A stretch of 64,000 bases of DNA from an uncultured Clostridia bacterium (GTDB lineage: Bacteria; Bacillota; Clostridia; TANB77; CAG-508). The stretch is from positions 36,063 through 100,062 of the forward strand of contig CARPYP010000002.1 in the NCBI GenBank assembly GCA_949045875.1, given 5' to 3'. The translations under genes were made by a program, and so were the position numbers. This document shows, piece after piece, positions 1-9,978 of this stretch. The notes under the pieces were generated by a model. The model was not told the origin of the DNA. It saw only the letters and a program-made list of their open reading frames with translations, and made no database searches. Positions within the stretch are counted from its first letter, which is position 1; each line of letters begins with the position of its first letter.

Positions 1-1275
1 CTGCTAATTCGTTTTCTAAAATTTTTATTTCCTCTATTTGTTTTTCTTTACATAGTATTTCTGTAACTTTCTCAGCTAAGTTATCGAATTTATTTTTGTT
101 ACTTTCAAAATTATCAGTTTTATTTCCTTCTAGTAATTTTGTGATTTCAAAAGTTTCAATTTCATCATATTTTTCATATTTATCTTTACTCTTTATAATT
201 TGGTCAGCAATAATTTTTCCAGAAATAATTGCTGATGCAAAAGGATGTCCTGGTAATCTACCAATTCCCTTATTACCATCAAATGCAATTTCTCCGCATA
301 CATATATATTATCTAATACTTTAAAGTCTTTTCCTACTTCTATTCCACCAGCAGTATAATGTGCAGTTACCCAAACTCTTATAAAATTATCTTTTATTAT
401 ATTTATTGAGTATCCGTTTTCTTTTAATTTTTCCTTAATCTTATCTATATCATTATAATGTAAATATATTTCTTTATTGTTAAAGGATTTTACTAGTTGT
501 GAAAATATATGATTACTATGATATTTATTATTTTTTATTGCTTCTAATATTTCATTATCTATGTATAATTCTTGTAAATCCCCATTTTGATTTTTTTCAT
601 ATATCTTATCTAATAATGAAACTACATCTCCAACTAAGATTCTCTTTCCTTCATTTACTCCAAAGGGGTGAAACATTATTGTTGAAGCTCCTTTTAGTTT
701 TCCTGTTTTACTTTGCAATAAATATGTACATTCTCCAGTTGCTACTTTTAAATTATCATTTGTTTTAAAAAGTCCTGCAAAACCACCAGTAGCAAATACA
801 ATTACTGAACAGTTTATTTGGCAAAATTCATTATTTTTCTCATCAAATATTAAACACGATATGTATCTATTATGTATTTTTATATCAATTAAACTACTGC
901 TAGTTTTTATTATTCCAGTATTTTTTAAGAGATTTTTTATTATATACCCCCCACCTGTACCAACTGGAACCTCATCTGGAATAATACCTATTGGTGTTTT
1001 TTTATATTTAATTTCTAAATTATTAAATAGCTCAATTAAAAATGATTGATTTGAATAAATTTCTTTTATCATTTCATAATTTCCATTACATTGTTCCATA
1101 TATAAATCTATTCCTCGATTTATATCCTCAAACATTCTCATATTTGCTGGTGCAATTACAGAATTTGATTCATATACATTTTCAGTTTTAGTTAATAGTA
1201 CTGAATTTATTTCTTTCATTTTTAAATTGTATGCTACAGTTAGTCCTGCTATCCCTGTTCCTACTATTAAAATTG
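1..1275 (-). CDS. FAD-dependent oxidoreductase, L-aspartate oxidase-like (NadB family). Partial: the C-terminus lies beyond the window start. Probable TTG start at 1275 preceded by AAGGAAAG
   Basis: Minus-strand frame is open from about 1275 to position 1. N-terminal Rossmann motif ILIVGTGIAGL. Internal AHYTAGGIEV and YVCGEIAFDGNKG motifs match the succinate dehydrogenase / aspartate oxidase flavoprotein family. NAD genes pncB and nadE lie in the same window. Confidence 0.5.
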
Positions 1276-1317
1276 GTGTATACAAAATCTTTCCTTCTTT
1301 TTCTTCAAAGATATTCT

Positions 1318-1884
1318 TTATTGTTTTTTCATATTTTCCAAGTCTTTTTTTATGTGGTTATTATATCGTTCCTCCTCTGAAAATACACATCCACAATATT
1401 TCTGCATATATAAACCTAATTCTCTTGCTTTTGCTTGTCCTTCCCTAAAACCTACTCTAAAGTCTCTATATAAAAATTTTAATCCATATTCTTTTGCAAT
1501 TTTATCCCCTAACTCATGTATAAATTCATGTTTTTGATAAGGGCTTACTAATAAAGTTGTACTAATTGTATCATATCCATTTTCTTTTGCGTATTTCGCT
1601 GTATCTTCTAATCTGACTCTATAACAATAGTTTACACATCTATTTTGTAAATCACATACTACATTTTTACAGAACTCATCTAAACCATATTCTTCATGAA
1701 ATACCGCTTCTATGCCTATACTTTTTGTATATTCTCTCAAAGTATCTCTTCTTGTTTTATATTCTATGTATGGGTGTATATTAGGATTATACCAATATAC
1801 TGTTGGTTCAATTTCTTCTTTTCTTAAACTATCTATGCAGTACACACTACATGGTGCACAACAGGTATGTATTAATAATTTCAT
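1318..1884 (-). CDS. queH: Epoxyqueuosine reductase QueH (DUF208)
   Basis: MKLLIHTCCAPCS N-terminal motif and Cys-rich DUF208 pattern. The ORF extends upstream only because the 39-bp repeats happen to be in frame. Confidence 0.8.
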   Translation of the reverse strand: MKLLIHTCCAPCSVYCIDSLRKEEIEPTVYWYNPNIHPYIEYKTRRDTLREYTKSIGIEAVFHEEYGLDEFCKNVVCDLQNRCVNYCYRVRLEDTAKYAKENGYDTISTTLLVSPYQKHEFIHELGDKIAKEYGLKFLYRDFRVGFREGQAKARELGLYMQKYCGCVFSEEERYNNHIKKDLENMKKQ

Positions 1885-1913
1885 TCCAGTCCCTTCTTTC
1901 CTATCTCCCAATA

Positions 1914-2090
1914 TAAGAAATTTCATTTCTATTTTTGAAATTTTTTTATCAATATGAAATTTCATTTCTATTTTTGAAATTTTTTTATCAATATGAAATT
2001 TCATTTCTATTTTTGGAATTTCCTATCAATATGAAATTTCATTTCTATTTTTGAAATTTTCTTATCAATATGAAAATTCATTATATTTTA
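1914..2090. repeat. About 4.5 tandem copies of a 39-bp unit, each containing the perfect 12-bp palindrome ATGAAATTTCAT (iteron-like array)
   Basis: Direct reading. Units start near 1954, 1993 and 2031, plus flanking partial copies, and are 38-39 bp long with 1-3 substitutions. Confidence 0.9.
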
Positions 2091-3505
2091 AGATGCGAGC
2101 AAAATTTGCTTCGCAAATTTTTCACGCTTTCCTTATTTGTTATAATCTTCCATATCATAAATAGCACAATTATGGCTCCTACAAAATATTTATCAAATCT
2201 ATATGATTCATATAAAAACATATATGCACAATTAGCAATTTCTGTACATAAACTTAACCCTATAATGTTTCTTATTGCGTTTGGCTTTTGCCATATTATT
2301 GTTGCAAATAGCCATATTAAATACCATTGATGAAAATTTGTTAATATTAATAAAAATAGGATTAATGCTATATTGTATTTTTTTATTACCTTATAAAATT
2401 TTATGTTTTTTTCTGTTAATAAATTTATACACATTACTGCATAATACATAAAAAATATTACTATAAATACAGCTCTAACTATATACACTAAGTTTTTATT
2501 ATATTGTAATAACACTGAATAAATTGAACATTGATATCTTGAAGTCTGCACCATCATTGCCAAAAATATTTGATAATCATTAAAATACAACACATATTCA
2601 AGAGCAAATATTACTAGAAAAATCACTCCATATTCTATACATCTTAGAAATCTTATACTTAGTCTTTTTTCTGTTCTAAAGTGATATAGTATTAATATTG
2701 GTAATAATAATATAGTAAAATATTTAACTCCTGTAGCTAATGCCAGAGCAATTATACTAAGTAGTAAGTTTCTTCGTTTTAGAAGAATATATAATGATAG
2801 TAAAACGAAGAATAGTATTATTATATCATTATGTACATTTGCTATCGCTTCTATAAATATGAAAGGATTTAATCCATACATAATTGCAAATTTCTTTTTT
2901 CCACTAATTTTATAAAATAGATATGTATTTATTATATGTATTAATAAATTAACGAGTTTAAATATGAATAATGCTACAGTAATGTTTTTCATTGATAAGA
3001 ATGAACAAATTTTAAAGAATAATTGTGCTATTGGTCCATATACTACTGTTGTATTCCCCCAGTAATTTGTTGCACCTTGCAATAATATATCATCATCTAG
3101 ATTTTCCTCATTTTGTATATAGTATTCTCTCATTGTAACATAGTACGGATTTTGATTATATCTGGCATCTAATTCTCCTACTCCCATATAATAAAATATA
3201 TCTGAGCTTGTCCATGGTAACATTATCATAAATATAATACCAATTAGAGTAATAAATATTAATATCCTTTTAATATTTTTAAAACAATCCATTTTATAAA
3301 TGATAAAATAAATTATTGTTAATAGTATAAATAATACTAGAAATGCTGATGTCGAAATAATTTTATTTATATTATCATTAAGAAAGAAATTAAAATATAT
3401 ATCAAACCCCATTATTGTTTTATTTGATATTAAATATATAATTGATGGAATTATCAGTAATATACTTAATAGTACAAAACTAATTTTTAAAATTTTACTT
3501 TTCAT
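2081..3505 (-). CDS. Polytopic membrane protein, putative GT-C type glycosyltransferase
   Basis: 474 aa with many predicted TM helices. Adjacent to a GT2 polyprenyl-phosphate glycosyltransferase and a second GT-C-like protein. Confidence 0.4.
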   Translation of the reverse strand: MKSKILKISFVLLSILLIIPSIIYLISNKTIMGFDIYFNFFLNDNINKIISTSAFLVLFILLTIIYFIIYKMDCFKNIKRILIFITLIGIIFMIMLPWTSSDIFYYMGVGELDARYNQNPYYVTMREYYIQNEENLDDDILLQGATNYWGNTTVVYGPIAQLFFKICSFLSMKNITVALFIFKLVNLLIHIINTYLFYKISGKKKFAIMYGLNPFIFIEAIANVHNDIIILFFVLLSLYILLKRRNLLLSIIALALATGVKYFTILLLPILILYHFRTEKRLSIRFLRCIEYGVIFLVIFALEYVLYFNDYQIFLAMMVQTSRYQCSIYSVLLQYNKNLVYIVRAVFIVIFFMYYAVMCINLLTEKNIKFYKVIKKYNIALILFLLILTNFHQWYLIWLFATIIWQKPNAIRNIIGLSLCTEIANCAYMFLYESYRFDKYFVGAIIVLFMIWKIITNKESVKNLRSKFCSHLKI

Positions 3506-3518
3506 TTATTTTTCCTTT

Positions 3519-4469
3519 TTAATTAAAATTTATTTTTTCTTCTATAATATATTCAGGTCTATTTTTGCTTTCATCATAAATTCTTGCAATATATTCTGAC
3601 ATTACCCATAAAGACACTAATTGTATACCAGCAAAAAAAGTAACTGTTACCATTATTGATGTCCATCCTGCTGTTAAGTTGTTCCATGAAAATATATACG
3701 ATAATATTGAGTATATTAAAATTATAATTGAAATTAATATTGAGCATATTCCAAGTGCTCCTACTATTTTTAATGGTTTTGTAGAAAATCCTATTATTCC
3801 ATCTGTTGCTAATTTTAACATTTTTCCTAATGGGTATTTAGTTTTTCCTGCATATCTTTCATTACGTTCATATTCTATTGGTGTTTGTTTATATCCTACC
3901 CAACTAAATAAACCTCTTAAAAATTTATTATGCTCTGGTAATTCTTTAATAACTTCTATTACTTCTTTATCTACTAGTCTAAAATCTCCAGTATCTTTTG
4001 GTATTTCTACATTTGATAAACCATTTAAGGCTTTATAGAACATTTTAGCTGTTATTAATTTGAATGGGCTTTCTCCTTTTCTCTTTTTTCTTTTTGCATA
4101 TACTATTTTATATCCTTCTTTCCATTTATCTAGCATATCTACAATTAATTCTGGTGGGTCTTGCATATCTGCATCTATTATAACAGTTACATCACCATTA
4201 CAATTTTTAATTCCTGCAGTTACAGCTGATTGATGTCCAAAGTTTCTTGAAAATGATATTATTTTTACAAGCTTGTCCTCAACTGCTATATCTTTTAATA
4301 TATCTAGTGTCTTGTCTTTGCTACCATCGTTTACAAATATTATTTCATGCTCATATTCATTCTCTAATCCTATTAGTACCTCTTTTATTCTTTTATAACA
4401 TTCTTTTGCAACTTCTTGTTCATAATACATAGGTACGACTATTGAAATTTTCTTCATTTTATATATCAT
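3519..4469 (-). CDS. GT2 family polyprenyl-phosphate sugar transferase (GtrB/CsbB/ArnC-like)
   Basis: KISIVVPMYYEQE, IIFVNDGSKD, DADMQDPPE motifs. Two C-terminal TM helices typical of GtrB-like enzymes. Confidence 0.8.
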   Translation of the reverse strand: MIYKMKKISIVVPMYYEQEVAKECYKRIKEVLIGLENEYEHEIIFVNDGSKDKTLDILKDIAVEDKLVKIISFSRNFGHQSAVTAGIKNCNGDVTVIIDADMQDPPELIVDMLDKWKEGYKIVYAKRKKRKGESPFKLITAKMFYKALNGLSNVEIPKDTGDFRLVDKEVIEVIKELPEHNKFLRGLFSWVGYKQTPIEYERNERYAGKTKYPLGKMLKLATDGIIGFSTKPLKIVGALGICSILISIIILIYSILSYIFSWNNLTAGWTSIMVTVTFFAGIQLVSLWVMSEYIARIYDESKNRPEYIIEEKINFN

Positions 4470-4517
4470 TCCTTTTTAATTTTTTATATCCACAAACACA
4501 ACGTGCCTCTCTCAAAT

Positions 4518-6002
4518 TTATTTCCAGATATCAAATATTTCTATATCTCCTGTTTTTTCATATTTCTGTTGTATATATTCTATTACTTCTATTGGAGTTT
4601 GCCAATTCAAATTTCTTTTGTTTTTCAAAATTAATAATGTAATATTTTCTTTAGATTGTAAATCTTCTATTATTCCTTTTGAGCCTTTACCTCCAAAGTT
4701 TCCTTTATTAAACATATCATAATTTTTATTATATCTGTTTATTGGTATCATATAGATTGCTGCTCTAGCATCAACAATATATACATCATTTTGTTGTTCT
4801 TCTAAATAGTTATCAATTTTTATTATTTGTTCCTCTAGTTCCTTAGAAACTGGTATATATTTAAAATTTTCTAAATTTATATATTCCTTAAAATTAATAA
4901 TATAATTTATTAATCTATATATTGAAACTCCAAGCATAATTAATATTATTATTAATACAAATGCTTTTATAAAATTTTCTACCCATATTATAATTGATTT
5001 TTTTAAAATACCTTTAAATTTATTTTCATATAGTTCCTTTAATAAATAGATTCCTGTAATAATTGTTATCGTTCCTGCTATTAGAAAATGAACATTATCT
5101 GATATTGGATATACTACAACTATTGTTGAAACAGAGTAAGCAAATAATATGGTTATAATTTGGTTATTTTTTCTTATGGCTATATATAAAGATATGATTA
5201 TTGTTATCGGCACTGATATTGCTAATATACTTAATTTACCTTTTAATAAGTTTAAATATGAAATACTATTTGAAAAATCCTTTATTCCCAAAATTGTATA
5301 ATCTATAAATTCACTCATTATATTATTACATAGTAAATATATTAATAATATAATTACAGGGATCATAGAAGATAAAAATCTTATTATTGATATTTTTAAA
5401 ACTGATATAAAATCTTCTTTATTTCTTACTGCTAATAATTTATATCCTATAAATGCAATAACAAAACAAATTCCAGTTGTTTGTTTCATTGTTATACTTA
5501 ATCCTGCTAAAATACTTAATAGTATTTCTTTTTTTAAGTTATATTCAAAAATATTATTGTTCTGTTTATATGTTTTTAACTCAATATATAATGTTATTAA
5601 TGCTATTAGTAATATTATGAAATTATAATCAATGCACATACTTCCTATAAAAAGTTTCATTATTATTATTGATATTAATAATGAAAACTCCTTCTTTATT
5701 TTAAAAGTTTTCAATATTTTATATATAATTAACATTATAAGTGAATTTGTGATAATTGCTATTATTCTCATAATAAACATTTCTGTTCCAAAAATTTTTA
5801 AAATCATTCCACAAAGTATTGGTAATCCTGGAGTTGTTACTAAATTAAAATCTTTATATGGTAATAATCCATTTGCAACATTTCTTGCTGTATTGAAAAT
5901 CCAAACCTCGTCTAAGTTGTTTAGATTTCTTATAAGAATAATAGCAGATGTTGTTATCACAAAAAATACAAATACTAGTATGTCTTCCCTATATTTTTTC
6001 AT
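4518..6002 (-). CDS. GT-C family membrane glycosyltransferase (ArnT/PMT/YfhO-like)
   Basis: 494 aa polytopic protein. An acidic DE-type motif sits in the first extracytoplasmic loop. Genomic context with GT2. Confidence 0.5.
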   Translation of the reverse strand: MKKYREDILVFVFFVITTSAIILIRNLNNLDEVWIFNTARNVANGLLPYKDFNLVTTPGLPILCGMILKIFGTEMFIMRIIAIITNSLIMLIIYKILKTFKIKKEFSLLISIIIMKLFIGSMCIDYNFIILLIALITLYIELKTYKQNNNIFEYNLKKEILLSILAGLSITMKQTTGICFVIAFIGYKLLAVRNKEDFISVLKISIIRFLSSMIPVIILLIYLLCNNIMSEFIDYTILGIKDFSNSISYLNLLKGKLSILAISVPITIIISLYIAIRKNNQIITILFAYSVSTIVVVYPISDNVHFLIAGTITIITGIYLLKELYENKFKGILKKSIIIWVENFIKAFVLIIILIMLGVSIYRLINYIINFKEYINLENFKYIPVSKELEEQIIKIDNYLEEQQNDVYIVDARAAIYMIPINRYNKNYDMFNKGNFGGKGSKGIIEDLQSKENITLLILKNKRNLNWQTPIEVIEYIQQKYEKTGDIEIFDIWK

Positions 6003-6054
6003 TATTTCTCCTTCTATATTTCAAAATTAATTATATATTTTAAATAATAATATA

Positions 6055-6135
6055 TATATTGAAATCAATGAGGCGTACTTGTGTATGTTGATTAAATTTC
6101 AATTGAAGTTTAACAACGCCAAACGCAACTATCTT
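6055..6135. repeat. Copy A of a conserved intergenic hairpin repeat family. Other copies are at 46745-46850, 59112-59205 and 61240-61335
   Basis: ATTGAAATCAA...ACGTACA..AAGTACGCC..TTGATTTCAAT-like nested inverted repeats shared between copies. Confidence 0.6.
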
Positions 6136-7133
6136 TCAAAATTATATCCTAAATGTGTATAAGCATCAGGCAATGCAACCCTTCCTCTTGTAGTTCTAGA
6201 AAGAAAACCAATTTGTATTAAATAAGGCTCATATACATCTTCTAATGTATCTACTTCTTCCCCAATAGTTGTTGCTATTGTATCTATTCCAACAGGTCCT
6301 CCATTGAATTTTGAAATTATTGTATCTAGTATCTTTCTATCAATTTCATCTAATCCTAATTCATCAATTTCTAAATTATTTAAAGCTGTTTTCGCTATCT
6401 TTATAGTTATACTACCATCTCCTAGTACAGCTGCATAATCTCTAACTCTTTTTAATAATCTATTAGCAATTCTAGGTGTTCCTCTTGAACGTCGTGCAAT
6501 TTCTTCACTTGCTTTTTCATCAATTTCAACTTCTAAAATTTGAGCAGATCTTTTTATAATATCATTTAGTTCATTTTCACTATATAATTCTAGTCTAGCT
6601 ACAATACCAAATCTATCTCTTAATGGAGTTGTAAGTGAACCTGCTTTAGTTGTTGCCCCAATTAATGTGAATTTTGGTAAATCTAATCTTATTGACCTAG
6701 CAGAGGGTCCTTTACCAATCATTATATCTAATGAATAATCTTCTAAAGCTGGATATAATATCTCTTCAACTGCTCTATTTAATCTATGTATTTCATCTAT
6801 AAATAAAATATCATATTCCGATAAATTTGTAAGTATTGCAGCTAAATCTCCCGATTTTTCTATTGCAGGACCTGATGTTATTTTTATTTTTGAGTTCATT
6901 TCATTAGCAATAATATTAGATAATGTAGTTTTTCCAAGTCCAGGAGGTCCATATAGTAAAACATGATCTAATGGTTCTCCTCTTTTCTTAGCTGCTTGTA
7001 TGTATATTTTCATGCTTTGTTTAACTTTAGTTTGTCCTATATATTCACTTAATGTCTTAGGTCTTAAAGACTTTTCCATTTGTTCTTCTTCAATACCATC
7101 TACTTCTGGTTTTGTTATATTATTTTCATCCAT
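6129..7133 (-). CDS. ruvB: Holliday junction branch migration ATPase RuvB
   Basis: [12 protein letters not shown] Walker A. Full-length similarity to the RuvB family layout. Confidence 0.9.
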   Translation of the reverse strand: MDENNITKPEVDGIEEEQMEKSLRPKTLSEYIGQTKVKQSMKIYIQAAKKRGEPLDHVLLYGPPGLGKTTLSNIIANEMNSKIKITSGPAIEKSGDLAAILTNLSEYDILFIDEIHRLNRAVEEILYPALEDYSLDIMIGKGPSARSIRLDLPKFTLIGATTKAGSLTTPLRDRFGIVARLELYSENELNDIIKRSAQILEVEIDEKASEEIARRSRGTPRIANRLLKRVRDYAAVLGDGSITIKIAKTALNNLEIDELGLDEIDRKILDTIISKFNGGPVGIDTIATTIGEEVDTLEDVYEPYLIQIGFLSRTTRGRVALPDAYTHLGYNFER

Positions 7134-7260
7134 TAACTATATTCATTCCTTTTTAATTTGATATGATTATTATATATGGAACAAACATTTTTTGCAATAG
7201 TCTGAACAATGAATATAAAAAAAATCCCTAAGCATTGCATAGAGATTTTATAAATATATT

Positions 7261-7431
7261 TTATACAACAAATATTAACTTACTATTTTTTATGTTTGGT
7301 TCTGTTCTAATATAATTCATTTGTTTTATTTCTTTTGGTGCTTCATCTAATAATCCAGAATAAACGATATTATTAAAGCCTTTTATTACCTCAATATCAA
7401 TTCCCTTGAAATCTCCAATTTTTTGTAACAT
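7261..7431 (-). CDS. Small hypothetical protein (56 aa)
   Basis: ORF MLQKIGDFKGIDIEV... with GAAGGAG RBS about 10 nt upstream. Below the ORF-track size cutoff. Confidence 0.25.
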   Translation of the reverse strand: MLQKIGDFKGIDIEVIKGFNNIVYSGLLDEAPKEIKQMNYIRTEPNIKNSKLIFVV

Positions 7432-7692
7432 ATTTTATAACATCTCCTTCTCTTGTAAATCGTTATAAGCATTATATCATTAAAATTTTTATATTTGCAA
7501 TAGAATTTCTACAATTTTTTTTAAGACAAATTCTAATATTTTTCTATATGATTTTTGTCTTATATCTCATCATGTTTTGCTTGATTTATTTGTCTAATAA
7601 AGAAATAAAATTTTTTTATATTTTCATATTGTTAATATTTATTACTTTTGAATATTATTAATTCATCAGACATATATATTAATAAAAACCGT

Positions 7693-7740
7693 CCTAAGAT
7701 TTTCTAGCAAATGAAAATTCTAAGAAAATCTTAGGCTCGG
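7693..7740. promoter_or_regulatory. Perfect 13-bp stem hairpin (CCTAAGATTTTCT / AGAAAATCTTAGG) upstream of the dac gene. Acts as a terminator on the minus strand
   Basis: Direct reading. A U-run follows on the minus strand. Confidence 0.5.
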
Positions 7741-7793
7741 CATAATTATTTATTATTTTGTAAATTATTACAAATAGCTAGATTGGAGGTTTT

Positions 7794-8258
7794 ATGTATA
7801 TAAAAAGATTAATATTTATTTTTATAGTTTTATTTTTTGTATTATTTTACTCCTGCTGTTCTTTTGCCTCTACTTATGAATATATTTGGTCAACTGTCGC
7901 AGATACAAATTCTGGTAATTCGTCTATCGCTGTGTCTTCTGACTTAAATAGTGGTTCTTTAAATTTAGAATCTACTGGTGCAATTTTAATTGAGCAATCT
8001 ACTGGACAGATATTGTATGAACAAAATTCTCATGAAAAATTACGTCCTGCAAGTGTAACAAAAGTTATGTCTATTTTACTAATAATGGAAGCTTTAGATA
8101 GAGGTGAAATCGCTTTAGATACTTTAATTCCATGTAGTGAAAATGCAAGGTCTATGGGTGGTTCACAAATATGGCTAGATACTAGAGAAACTTTAAGTGT
8201 AAATGATATGTTAAAAGCTATATGCGTAGTATCTGCTAATGATTGTAATGTTCAATAG
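7794..8258 (+). pseudogene. 5-prime part of a split sporulation-type D-alanyl-D-alanine carboxypeptidase (PBP5*/DacF/DacB-like), interrupted at the SAND motif
   Basis: Signal peptide, SxxK motif (ASVTK). Ends SANDCNVQ-stop right at the SxN motif. The continuation is found at 33180. Confidence 0.85.
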
Positions 8259-8375
8259 TAGCAGGAAATAATTTGAAATTTTATAGTCTATAAATGCAAT
8301 TTCTATAATTGTATTTTTTTAATTTTTAACACTAGAAATTTAAAATTATACCTACAACATTTGAATAAGTTAATT

Positions 8376-9978
8376 TTAATCAAGTGTTGTAGGTAATCTT
8401 TGCCTATCTATATCTTTAAATTTGTAATGGATATAAATAAAACCTTTTCCTAATTCAATTTTTGTAATTAATTTTTCTATATCTTCACTTGTTAAAGATT
8501 CATTTGTTAATGATTTTATAATCTTCTTTACTTTATTTGATTTCCCTATATTTATATTTTTATCCTCAAATTTCTCTATTTCTTGTTCAGTATAATTCTT
8601 TTCATTATTATATTGTTTTCTTTCTTTTAATAGGTATTCATATTGTTTTTTATAGTCATCCTCACTAATTTCTTCATTTAATCTATCATTATATAATTGT
8701 GATATTTTAAATGTTGTTTTTCTTAATGCCATTTCTTGCTCTTTATATTTCGACTCTAGTTCTTTTAGTTTTAAATTGTTATATTTTTTTAATGTTCTTA
8801 ATTTAACTGTATTTTCTTTAAAGTATTCCTCAAATGATTTTTGTATATGATTAATAATAAGTGGCTCAATTTGTTCATAAAAGTAATTATCTGAAAAATC
8901 ACAAAGTTCTTTACTATTTCTATTACTACTACAATGGAGATTTATCTTTCCTCTTGAATTTCGTTTTTCTATTCTTTTACCACAATAATAACAATAAATA
9001 TATTTTCCGAATTTGGTTTCTATATTTTTAGAAATTTCTCTTGTGATTCCCCATGATTTACTATTACTATGTACTTTATCATATATTTCCCTTGTTATTA
9101 TTGGTTCATGTGTATTTTCTACTACAATAAAATCTTTTCTCTTTACATTTATTCTCTTTTTGGTTTTATAACTAATATTTTGAGTTTTTCCTCTAATACA
9201 ATCACCTAAGTATACTCTATTACTTAATATTTTCCCTATAGATGCTCTTGTCCAAATTTGAGATATATCTGTTGATAGACCTTTTACTCTTAAATATTGA
9301 GCTGGCGTTTTAATATTTTTCTTATTTAGATATTCTGATATCTCCTTTTGTGTTAATCCTTTTAGCTTTAATTCAAAAATCATTTTTACAACTTTTGCTG
9401 ACTCTTCATCTATAATAAGTTTTCCTTGTTCATCTGGATTCTTCTTATATCCATAAGGAGGTGTATTGCAAGCATAAAATCCTTCTTGCATCTTTTTTCT
9501 TTTGGAGTTTTTTACACTTTTAGATGTTTCCTTACAAAACATTTCGTTAAAAACTCCTCTTATTGGAACAAAATCATTGGATACTTTGTCTTCAAAATTA
9601 TCTACTTTATCTAATATAGCTATGTATCTTACATTTTGATTTAGAAAAATTCTTTCTATATACTCGCCTGAATCTATATAGTTTCTTCCGAAATCTTGCT
9701 AGATTCTTTGTGATTACTAAATTAATTTTTTTATCTTCTATATCTCGTAACATCTCTTTAAATCCAGGGCGATTAAAATTAGCTCCTGTATATCCATCAT
9801 CTGTGTATTCATAACAATGTTCAAAAACAAAATTTTCATTTATAAAATCATAGATAATATTTCTTTGATTTCTAATACTCTCACTTTCTTCTCTATCTCC
9901 ATCATCTTTACTTAATCTCATATATAATGCAATGTTACTGATTTGCTGCTTGCTCATGTATATTAAAATACCCCCCAA
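8376..9978 (-). pseudogene. Large serine recombinase. Catalytic domain at 9607-9978, recombinase/zinc-ribbon/coiled-coil part at 8376-9542, split by a +1 frameshift near 9688-9690
   Basis: IYMRLSKDDGD and ESESIRNQR resolvase motifs. Removing one C restores NLARFGRNYIDSGEYIERIF... continuous with the downstream ORF. Confidence 0.75.

Noticed and set aside
96-1049. Plus-strand ORFs 96-359, 499-768, 861-1049 and similar AT-rich low-complexity ORFs antisense to real genes (e.g. 3679-4038, 5632-6030, 35956-36429, 39513-40016, 43833-44327)
   Set aside because: They lie antisense within clearly homologous minus-strand genes. They have a Leu/Ile/Phe-rich composition typical of AT-rich noise and no RBS.
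2070-2330. ORF 2070-2330 (+) starting in the last repeat unit
   Set aside because: The start derives from the palindromic repeat ATG. It overlaps the 3-prime end of the GT-C gene on the other strand and has no supporting features.
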